This document shows positions 11,807 through 22,058 of a stretch of 64,000 nucleotides of DNA, piece by piece; position 1 is the first letter of the stretch; each line of letters opens with the position of its first letter. Location: the NCBI GenBank assembly GCA_030390025.1, contig CM059427.1:57164001-57228000 (forward strand), read 5' to 3'. The DNA is from Squalus acanthias (lineage: Eukaryota). Below the pieces are notes generated by a model, which was given only the letters and a program-made list of their open reading frames with translations, made no database searches and was not told the DNA's origin. A program made the translations under genes and the position numbers.

Positions 11807-12771
11807 GGCCCAACCATCTTCAGCTGCTTCAGTGACCTTCCCTCCAACATAAGGTCAGAAATGGGGATGTTCGCTGATGACTGCACAGTGTTCAGCACCA
11901 TTCACAACTCCTCAGATAATGAAGCAGTCCATGCCCGCATGCAACAAGACCTGGACAACGTTCAGGCTTGGGCTGATAAGTGGCAGGTAACATTCGTGCC
12001 ACAGAAGTGCCAGGCAATGACTATCTCCAACAAGCGAGAGTCTAACCACTGCCCCTTGACATTCAACAGCATTACCATTGCCGAATCCCCCACCATCAAC
12101 ATCCTGGGGATCACCATTGACCAGAAACTTAACTGGACCAGCCACATAAATACTGTGGCAACAAGAGCAGGTCAGAAGCTAGGTATTCTGTGTCGAGTGT
12201 CTCACCTCCTGACTCCCCAAAGCCTTTCCACCATCTACAAGGCACAAGGAGTGTGATGGAATACTCTCCACTTGCCTGGATGAGTGCAGCTCCAACAACT
12301 CTCAAGAAGCTCGACACCATCCAGGACAAAGCAGCCCGCTTGATTGGTACCCCATCCACCACCTTAAACATTCACTCCCTCCACCACCGGCGTACCATGG
12401 CTGCAGTGTGTACCATCTACAAGATGCACTCCAGCAACTCGCCAAGGTTTCTTCGGCAGCACCTCCCAAACCCGCGACCTCTTCCACCTAGAAGGACAAG
12501 GGCAGCAGGCGCATGGGAACACCACCACCTCCAAGTTCCCCTCCAATCACACACCATCCTGACTTAGAAGTATATCGCCGATCCTTCATCGTCGCTGGGT
12601 CAAAATCCTGGAACTCTCTACCTAACAGCACCGTGGGAGTACCTTCACCACACGGACTGCAGCGGTTCAAGAAGGCGGCTCACTACCACCTTCTCAAGGG
12701 CAATTAGGGATGGGCAATAAATGCTGGCCTTGCCAGCGACGCCCACATCCCATAAACGAATAAAATAAAAA
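11807..12771 (+). mobile_element. 5'-truncated CR1-group (Zenon-like) LINE with RT C-terminus and 3' tail
   Basis: RT motif MFADDC, AWADKWQVTF, LGITIDQKLNW, YKAQ(V)RSVMEYSPLAW; frameshifts near 12247 and 12545; stop at 12707; tail GCCAGCGACGCCCACATCCC...GAATAAAA. Confidence 0.9.
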
Positions 12772-13144
12772 TGTCTGGTATAAAACTGACTTATAATGTC
12801 CTCTGGTCATGATATTGATTTCAACCATCTGAAAGCAATCTCAAACACTCAGGTGGAATAACATTTATTAAAGCCTTTACTGTTTCCAACTTACATACCT
12901 TTGTGGTATACAAGGCCGTTATTCACAGCATTGAGTATTTTCTCTCTATTTTATTCGTACTTTGGCAGCATTGACTATTTTTAGGATTCCGTGAATAAAA
13001 ATTTATTGAATTTATAATCTAACGACGTATACCTGTTGTGCTACAAACGACAGGAATGAAATCCCCCTGCTTTTCCTCACTATGTTATGATAATCTTCAT
13101 TTTGGATTGCAGTGCAACTTTCAAATCTGCGCAGTTTCTCGTAA

Positions 13145-13695
13145 TAGAATCATCAAATCTTACGGTTCGAATCTTAAAGAGCCTGTGTCAACTCTTTAAA
13201 GATCAATCCAATTAGTCCCACTCCCCTGTTCTTTCCCCATAGCCCTGCATTTTTTTCCTTTTCAAGTATATATCCAATTCCCTTTTGAAAGTTACTATTG
13301 AATCTGCTTTGAGGCAGTGCATTCCAGATCATAACAACTCGTTACGTAAAAGAAAAGTCTCCTCATCTCACCTCTGGGGTTCTAGTTCTTTTGCCAATTA
13401 TCATAAATCTGTGTCCTCTGGTTATCGACCCACCAGCCAGTGCAAACAGTTTCTCTTTATTTACTGTATTAAAACCCTTCATAATTTTGAACACCTGTTA
13501 AATCTCCCCTTAACCTTCTCTGCTCTAAGGAGAACAATCTCAGCTTCTCTTGTCTCTCCACATAACTGAAGTCACTCATCCCTGGTATTACACTAGTAAA
13601 TCTCCTCTGCAACCTCTCCAAGCCATCCTTGACATCCTTCCTAAAGTGTGGTGCTCAGAATTGGACACAATAATCTAGCTGAGGCCTACCCAGTA
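13145..13695 (-). mobile_element. CR1 LINE 3' fragment
   Basis: Begins ATAGAATCAT (tail reversed); homologous to 1-293 and 20137-20568; includes TGTCCAATTCTG (CVQFW) on the minus strand. Confidence 0.88.
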
Positions 13696-14459
13696 AAACA
13701 GGGATTCCCAGTCATTATGAAATTCTCACTCAATTACTGTTTGATTTTTCTATATGCTATAAATTACATTAGTTAACAGGTGAACAAATAAGGATAGTTC
13801 CTAAATGGCAAGTTTAAACTGTTCCAAGTAGGATGAGAAAATAAATAGAAATGAGGCCTGAACCCAGACTTTCAGTTTAATGTGAATCAGTTTGGATTCA
13901 TTTTGGAAAAAATCTAAGGTTTTTGATTTAATTTGGCTCTATTACATTCACTGTCATTTCAAATGTATATTTACTGTATCAGATTCAAAATCTACTGTTT
14001 TTGGCCTACCGTTGGGTTGAAATTGCTCAGTGCCATATTAGTTACATAGGCATTCAAAGTAAATGGATTAAAACATCTTCATTCAAATAGGGGACAGAAG
14101 AGTCCCATATGATTGCACTGATTACTAATATCACAATGTGCAGTTTCAAACCATTTGCACTAATTTCTGTCATGGCCATAATTTCACACCCTCATCCACT
14201 GTCGCCAGTGGCCAGAGTAACTACAAAGATAGATGCTGTTTTCATTCTTATTGGTCTATTTTTTATGCCTAGTTTTTCTAATAGTGTAATTTTGTGTCTG
14301 TTTCATGATTTTTTCCTGGTAAAATATCTTCAGGTTTATAGAAAATTATACTATCAAATTCCCTGATGATTTAATCTTATCCCTGGTGAGGGAAAGGGGT
14401 GTGTCAAAGTTCACTGGTGGTCTAGTGCTGTATATCTCGCCTGTTCTTCTGGAACTTAG

Positions 14460-14615
14460 CGCTGGGAATTTACTCGGAGGTTCTCCCGATTGACTGCCAT
14501 AACTTCAGCGGAAGATCGGCAGAAACCCCGTTTGTGCTTCTATCCGGGGTTTCCACCAATCTTCCGCTAAAGTTACAGCAGCCGCTCGAGAAATTCCCAG
14601 AGGAAATTCCCAGCG
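14460..14615. mobile_element. Palindromic MITE (156 bp), Harbinger-type
   Basis: Perfect TIR CGCTGGGAATTT / AAATTCCCAGCG, TAG target duplication, internal arms TAACTTCAGCGGAAGAT / ATCTTCCGCTAAAGTTA. Confidence 0.88.
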
Positions 14616-15279
14616 TAGGAATCTAATGGGAATTATCTGAATTCCTTGGTGCTCCAGCAGCAGCTTTGGCAGAATTCATTGGCGTTATTGTGTCGGGTTT
14701 ACAGCTATTTCCCCAGTGTTTCATTGAGGATGCATCGAATTCCCTCTTTTTCTGACAGGAATGAATAGGTGATGTATTTGGGGCCTTTGATGGGGTATAG
14801 GGGAGTGTCGCCATTCTCTCGTGGTCTAATTGGGAGGGAAGAAGAGATGTGCTGGGGTCTCTCTCTTTCTCTCACTCTTATTCATTCTCACTCACACACA
14901 TAAATACTGCCGTCGGTTTTCACATTTTAATCATGACCAATAAATACCTGAATGTGTTTAACATGTTGCTTTTATAAGGATTAGGGCAGAGCCTTACTTT
15001 GCTGATTAGATAACATCAACTTCCATATACATAGTATGTAATATGTATATAATTATGGAAATAACCACATGATTCCATTTCTCTCCAGTACGTTGCTAAG
15101 ATGAACAATCAAACACATGTTAACGTGCAATGTGCTAAAGACAAAAATGAAAATTGCAATGATAATTTTTTTTCTCCTAGTCTTTTTCTGTTCTTTTTTG
15201 CTTCAGGAATTACAGCTTTTGCTATTTCCCGAATGCTGTATTACACTCAGTACTCCCTGTCTGCAGAACACTCCCTCTA

Positions 15280-15620
15280 TGTTTTCAAAAGGGAACACCA
15301 CAGGAATTGCAAAATGTCTATCTGCCTATAGGCGCACCTCCTTAATGTACCTGATCTTGACAAAATGGTTACAGACCCATTAAATATGCTTTAGCCATAC
15401 CGTTTCTGCATTCCATATCGTACAAGCAGTTTAAAATAAAATCGGGTGATTAAATTGACAAGTGCAATGACAATAAATTAAACAAGTGCAGTATGTCTTT
15501 ATTACTTTCTGTGCTATCTGTGGACGTGTCTGATTAATCAGACGACTGGAGACTCATTTTATTATAAATGGTTCTACCAGCTGTTTTTGATGGACTTCAA
15601 TTACGTTGCGTTCCAGGTAT
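15280..15620. promoter_or_regulatory. Candidate conserved non-coding element/enhancer
   Basis: Repeat-free AT-rich block with a perfect 16-bp palindrome GTCTGATTAATCAGAC (15528-15543, TGATNNAT on both strands), TGACA sites and TAAT clusters. Conservation was not tested. Confidence 0.4.
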
Positions 15621-16286
15621 AGTCTATACAATGTTTGTACAACAATTATATCTGGCCTGCTCCCTTCCAGCATTTTTCTTCTTAAGTACTTCATTTTTGA
15701 TTCTGTTACTTCAGTAAGATTTTAGATTATTATACAATGCCTCTGCTTCATGAAGCAGTGATAACATTAGTCTAATAATATTATTTCATGGAAATATGTG
15801 ATATACATAAAGCCCCAAATTATTGATGGATTTGCATGCTAATTGCACTGCTCCAATGTACACAACTAACCTCTCTCTGGCACAACACCGTCCTACATGC
15901 AACAGAATTAAGTAGCACAAAAATGAAGAAAAACAAACTAACTTACGTACACGGCTACTAATTCCTTTCAATTATTTTCTTTTCCATTTGTTACTTTGCT
16001 GCGTGCAACACAGACCAAGGTCCACTTCCAAACTACAGTTGAAGGTTCACCACTGATGGCGGGTCTCCATATTGCTTAGGATCTCTTTTCCTAATGATGA
16101 CTTTAAACTGAAAAGGGTGCACAAACATATGAAAAAAAGAGTGAGAAAAGACCATCAGGTCCAGCCAGTCCTCCCATCCAGTCAATGGTGCAACCCCATA
16201 CGCCGTTCATCTACCCCCTAACCATGCTATCTCTGGAAGAGGGAAAAAAGAGAAAAATACTCATGGCCAATTCAGGAAAAACTCTC

Positions 16287-17941
16287 GAGCCGCGATTTCC
16301 CCTACCTCGGCGGGTCCGGTGCGGCCGGGGTCGGTGGCAGGTCCCGACCCCACTGCTGGCTCCAGCCCGCTGTGTAGAATGATTTTACCAGCGCGTTTGC
16401 CAGCCAATAGAAGGAAGCAGGTCTGATGACGTCACTTGATGATGCATCATCAGCAGGTTTCCTTAAAGGGATCGTGCACAAAATGATTTTGACAGTTGTG
16501 CTGTCAGTGTTCTACAGCATTGAGGTGCTGCAAACACTGACAATGACTGCACAGAGGTGCAGGGCTGCACCCAGGCTCCCCCATGACTCCCTCCATATGC
16601 TCCTTCCAATGGGCGGAAGAGACCTCCACAGCAGATCAATGAAGCCTGGTTGCACATTGCACAGGAGGACTCAAGCAGGGATGTCGTCAGGACGACCAGG
16701 CTGCAGTGACGCAAACCTTTCAATGATCTCGGTAGATCACGAAACGTTACTACAAAGCCACACTCAACCTCATCCTGCTGTGCCACTCATCACATCCCCA
16801 TCACTCTGCCTTCCCTACCCTACTCCTGCACATCCTTACTCACACCAACTTACCTTGCACCTCCACCCATCCCTCTCTATCTATATTATCACTTCCCCAT
16901 CTCACTAGCCACCCCTCACACTCACCCTCATCCTAGTCCAATCATACCAACTAACAACACACAATGTTGTTTTAGCCAGCGTTTTAGCCAATGTTCATGT
17001 GAGGTTTCTGTTAATGTGCTGTCAAACATTGAAATCTTTATTTTCAAAACTTTGCATTCTTGGACAGATTTGTGTGCACCTTTGGAAGTGAGTTGCAGTG
17101 AATGGTGAGACATAACGGTACCCCCTGCAATGGTGATGAGTGTGAAAGGACCATTGTAGGGATGCTTTATGGTGTTGATGTGGGGTAGTGCCAACCTGGC
17201 GCATCATGTGGCAGCCAGGGTGTACAGCGTCAGGTGAAGTAAATCTGGCCATGGCGAGGCCATCCCTGGCCTCCCGGGCAGCAATGTGGTCGGGTGCTGA
17301 TGCCCTGTGTCCTGTGGAGCATCAGTTGATTGTGGAGAATGTTGGTGTTGTTGTTGGCTGCTGCTGGTATTGGGGCTGATCGTGGTGGGATTCTGAGGAC
17401 CAAGGTGAGATAGTTTCAAGGGCACCGATGCTGATGTAATAGATGGCAGGTGAGGTTGAGATGACAGAAGCGATCTGTCAATGGTGAGAGAGGTTATTCC
17501 AATGAGGTGACACTGGATACAGAGTTTACTCCAAACACTTGCAACCTGCATAAAGTTTAATCGGTTTTCCAAATGCAGTAAGCAACAGCTTCTGAGCTAG
17601 GAAAGTGAACAGTTTGAGATGGGAGCTTTTATAGCATATTTGCAGCTGTCAAGTAAAGAGATCATTTCATGGTAATACAACTCCCGACCTCCTTACCTGA
17701 CGTGATCCCCGAGCAGCATGGACCCCGTGGGCGACATTGTAAAATTTAAAAGTCAGCTCAAAATACTTTTATGTGGCTCTTAACAAGGTCATAATGACCT
17801 AAACTGCTTTCCTTGCTGCTGCGTGTTGGGTCTGTTCAGCGTTGACAGACCTGACATCTGGGAAAGTCGCGCGGCGGAAATTTTTTTTCCCACCCAACCC
17901 GTCACCAAACGCACCCGCTGACCCCCCGAAAAATTCCCCCC
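16287..17941. mobile_element. Internally deleted Harbinger with convergent Myb/SANT (+) and transposase (-) remnants
   Basis: Plus strand: RAAPRL..DSLHMLL / NGRKRPPQQINEAWLHIAQE...RLQ*RKPFNDL. Minus strand at ~17235-17285: IAAREARDGLAMARF, a transposase C-terminus-like motif. Right end AAAATTCCCCCC; CGGG/ACCCG repeats near both ends. Confidence 0.75.
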
Positions 17942-18218
17942 AGGAAACTATTCTCTGGTTTCCTAAGGCAATCCATCAAGCACCAAGAAACCATGATAGA
18001 TAGAGACTCATCACAATCACTAATGACTCACAACCTATCCTCTATAACTGGTAATACCATCTTCTACCGAGAACTTGTCAAACTCCCTTATTAAGGGTTG
18101 TAGTGACTCCATACTCACCAAATGTCATAGCCCTCCATTCCAGAAGGCAATGGCTCTCTGTGAAAAGAAATAATTCCTGACCTCTAACCTAACCTTGCCT
18201 ATGGATTTTAAAGGCATG

Positions 18219-18404
18219 GGGGTAGAAATTTGTCTTGGGCGGGAGCGCACATTAGGCGCTATTGCATCAGCCGCCCATTATACCCTCCACCCGATATTCA
18301 GTTCCATTGACTTCAATAGAATTAAATATCGGTCAGTGCGTATAACAGGTGGCAGGTGCGATAACACCCGTTTAGTGTTACCGCCCAAGACAAATTTCTA
18401 CCCC
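18219..18404. mobile_element. Palindromic MITE (186 bp), Harbinger-type
   Basis: Perfect 23-bp TIR GGGGTAGAAATTTGTCTTGGGCG(G); centre CCATTGACTTCAATAG; flanks ATG/GTG. Confidence 0.9.
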
Positions 18405-18739
18405 GTGAACTCTAGTCCTACCATCGCTAACATTTCAGATAAGTAATACAACCATACTGTATCAAATCTCTTCAGCATTTAAAAACCTCAATCATATCCC
18501 CTCCTACTATACACTTCTCCAAAGCAATAACCATGCCACTTACAGTCTAACCACATAGTTACAAGTTCTAAGGTTTGGTATCTTCCTGGTCCCTTTCCTG
18601 CACTCTCTCCAGGGTCAATATCTGTCACCATGTGTGGGGACACCTCCACACCACATCTATTGACACTTCAACTGCCTCTGTGCTGTCAGACAGCTTGTCC
18701 AGTCTTGGATGAGCCCATAATTTCCTCCCATTAAATATT

Positions 18740-18920
18740 GGGAAACTAAAATAGTTGCAACCTTGCAGTCCTGTTTAACCCTGAGATAAATTTCCAACAC
18801 TGTATCCTCTGCATCATAAAGGACTCCTACTTCCACCTTCATAACATTGCCCGCCTCTACACCTACCTTAGCCCATCTGTTGCTGAAACCCTCCTCCATG
18901 CCTTTATCACCTCTAGACTC
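18740..18920 (+). mobile_element. L2 LINE fragment
   Basis: YFHLHNIARL...AETLLHAFITSRL, the L2 post-RT motif. Confidence 0.8.
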
Positions 18921-18923
18921 ATT

Positions 18924-19720
18924 GGCCTAGAAATTGGTTTGCGCTCGACTGAGCACAAACCCAGTGGCGACTACGAACCGCCAGCCAAAACTGATGAGCA
19001 AGAGGACCATGCAAAATTGGCCACCTTGCATCATCAGGGCGCAACTGCTGTGCCCCAAGAGAAAGTGCGGCGATCGTAAAAAAGACAAAGATCGGCACCA
19101 GACTTACGACTAGTCCGAGAGCAGGCAGAGGAGGCGATTGGGAGGGAGGCGAGTGGTGTCCAGCAGCGGGCTGCAGTTTTAACGTGGAACCAGGTGGAGC
19201 ATTCTTGCTCCTTCTTCAATTCTTAATTGAATCTAATTTGGCCACTATCCTTTTCAGCCATGACACTTGAGAGGCTCATTGCCTGCATCCATGTTGTCAT
19301 TTTGGTCCTCTATGACCCAAAAGGAATTTTTAAATGTCAGGATGAAGATGGTACACAACCACCAACATAGAATCATGTAGAACAATGAAGCCCTCAAGAT
19401 AGCTTTATTCTAAAGCATTTATTTGTGCCTATATTTGAAGGGGAATGCAGAGTGTTAAGATAGTACCTGGGAGACAGAGGCTACTCAATGCAATCATGAC
19501 TTAAGACATCCATGCACCAGCCATAGACAAAAGCTCAAGCTACAGAATTATCAACCATAAAATTGGTGTTTTGAAGCAATGTTGGGACTGATCAGAGACA
19601 GTCGGGACTGATCAGAGGCAGTCTTCTCGTATAAATCTCTCTCCCCATCTAGGGTTTTCAAAATAATTGTCATCTGCTGCATGCTCCATAATTTCACCTT
19701 GCAAAGAGGCTCAGCATGCA
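18924..19720 (+). pseudogene. Harbinger left end plus highly decayed transposase
   Basis: Starts GGCCTAGAAATT (as at 10395). Remnants IACIHVVI (IDCTHV-like), QDSFILK, LGDRGY, IGVLKQ and SRVFKIIVICCMLHNF occur in order. The end and the transposase may be two separate insertions. Confidence 0.7.
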
Positions 19721-20136
19721 TTTTTTAATGACTGGGATAGCCAAGACATGGCAAAGTGAGAAGGAGAAAATGCCAATAATGAATTAGCAGAAGTACCAGC
19801 AGTATAGGAAGGAAGACTGGTACGCCAGGCATTATTTCCAAATGGCTTCCAAGGATTGCTACTGCTACAGCATTTCTTACAGGAGTAGTCTCAATCTGCC
19901 AAGTAAACATGTCCAAGCAACCTGGTCCTATATTTGCATGCTCAGTTCTTATCTATTGGCATCTTATGCTGGGATCTTTATAACCAATTCAGCACAAAGT
20001 TCAACTCAAGTGTGAGGCATTTATTTCATCTGTTTATAGCTTGGGTTGGCATTGTATTCCTTCTTGGTACTTGTACTTTATTTCAAATGTGTGACATCTA
20101 ACTTGCCACACCTTAAGGGCTTCCCCTTTGCAAGTA

Positions 20137-20568
20137 TTATGTGGATAGACTGGAGAAGCTGGGGTTGTTCTCCTTAGAGCAGAGAAGGTTGAGAGGAGAT
20201 TTGATAGAGCTGTTCAAAATCATGAGGGGTCTAGACAGAGTAGATAGAGAGAAACTGTTCCCATTGGCGGAAGGGTTGCGAACCAGAGGACACAGATTTA
20301 AGGTGATTGGCAAAAGAACCAAAGGCGACATGAGGAAAACCTTTTTTACGCAGCGAGTGGTTATGATCTGGAATGCATTGCCTGAAAGGGTGGCGGAGGC
20401 AGATTCAATCGTGGCTTTCAAAAAGGACTTGGATAAGTACCTGAAGGGAAAAAAATGCAGGGCTACGGGGAAAGGGCGGGGGCTAGCTGAAGTGCTCTTG
20501 CAGAGAGCTGCACAGGCTCGACGGGGCGAACGGCCTTCTTCTGTGCTGTAACGATTCTATGATTCTAT
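20137..20568 (+). mobile_element. Young CR1 (HER1-like) 3' fragment
   Basis: DRLEKLGLFSLEQRRLRGDLIELFKIM...TRGHRFKV...FFTQRVV; tail GATTCTATGATTCTAT. Confidence 0.95.
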
Positions 20569-21869
20569 GTGTTGACTGGGTGTAAGGTTTCACTGAGAGC
20601 CTGTTGGGATTCTGGTGGCTCTAAACTTCCCCCGGCTGTACTTTTGAGAGTTTGGTATGTGAGTTGGCTATATCCAGCACTGCAGTGGCTGACCAGTTTT
20701 GCCTACTTTAAGTTACCTGTTCCCATACCTGGTGCACCATGTGCTTCCGGTAGAGAGGGAATAGCCATCTGTCCCTTAATTTGTGTCTCTTTCTTCAGTC
20801 CTAGCAGAGGACTTGTAGCTCCTGGTATGTCCGATTAATGTTTCTCACTCAGTAACACAGAACTCTTTTGCAATTTGGTGAGTAAGCAGCCTCCCACCAA
20901 TAGCTACTTCCTTTTAATTGGCTGGCCCACTGTTTTAGGAAGAAATACTTTTATTGTTTGAGAATCTTATGAACATTGCTCACAATAGGAAATGTTTCCT
21001 CTGTGCATTATATAGGCTGAAATTATAAATTCATTTATAAGGAACTCATTTATAATTTCACTACTAATAGTGAACAGAAGAAATTGTCCCCTGATTTTTC
21101 TTCAATTTAATTTCCATTCAGCATGCTTTAAATTCTACTGTATCCTGATTGTCAGGTTTCCTGCCGTATTTAGTTAGTGATATAGAAGGAGCATCCCTCT
21201 ATGATAGCCAATGCCAATAGATGTGCTTACTTAGTTAATGTAATATCCCTTAACAAGCAAAACTGTAGAATAATTTAGATTCATGGAAACTTTAGTCTGA
21301 GAACTAATCTCGAGCTTGTAATTTTTTTGAAGAACTGGATTTGGGGTCATTGAAGTCACAAAATGTTTTTATTAGAACCAATTATAGGTGGAAATATAAG
21401 AATGGATGTCTTCCATTATTAATGCAAATGTAAGAAAACATTTCTGCATTTTAGTTCAAACAATAATTTATACATAATTTATCTTTCTCCTTTAAAAGAG
21501 AAAAGTTTGGCTTTTAGGAACAGTGGTGAAAGACTGTGATCATTAGACAGAAACTTATTCATCAATGTCAACCATTTCACGAGGGTTATATTACACAAGG
21601 TTCTCTAGGTCAAATCTCAGGGAGTTCAGCAACTGTTTCATAGCAGGATTCAAGACAGTGGCAATGCCTGAAAAGCCTATATCTCACAAGATCTCTATGT
21701 TTGAAATGTTATATGTAGGTCTGCATTTGATTTTTTTTTAACTTTTATGGGAAAAGCAACAATGACAAATGATTCTGTCTTGGTGAAACTTCTTCGTCTC
21801 AAATTAATCTGTAGATTGCAGTGATCAACTTGTATAATTTTTTATCAAAAATAAGAAGTGTTTGTTAAA

Positions 21870-22058
21870 GGTTTAATTTCCCCTTTTCGTAACTGCTTAA
21901 TGTGTTTGGTTGTCTCGCGTCGCATAACATTCCTTTGTATGCTATTTTAATGCAGTTGCGAGCCAATTTAAAATAAATAGGCTGGCAACTCTATTAAAAT
22001 GGTGCACAAAGGAGCTTTACACAAATGCGTTAAGCAATGTGTTCGAGAAAATTAAACC
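21870..22058. repeat. Ancient imperfect palindrome (~190 bp), probable old MITE
   Basis: GGTTTAATTT / AAATTAAACC termini; inner arms TCCTTTGTATGCTATTTTAATGCAGTTGCGAGCC vs GGCTGGCAACTCTATTAAAATGGTGCACAAAGGA. Confidence 0.75.

Larger units (their letters stand above)
16120..18640 (-). mobile_element. Old CR1 LINE 3' region split by two DNA-transposon insertions
   Basis: CR1-like pieces at ~16120-16285, 17942-18218 (TTCCAGAAGGC...GTGAAAAGAAATAATTCCTGAC) and 18405-18640. Confidence 0.55.

Noticed and set aside
19584-19623. 20-bp tandem repeat GGGACTGATCAGAGRCAGTC as a CRISPR-like array
   Set aside because: Only two adjacent copies, no spacers, eukaryotic context; a local duplication.
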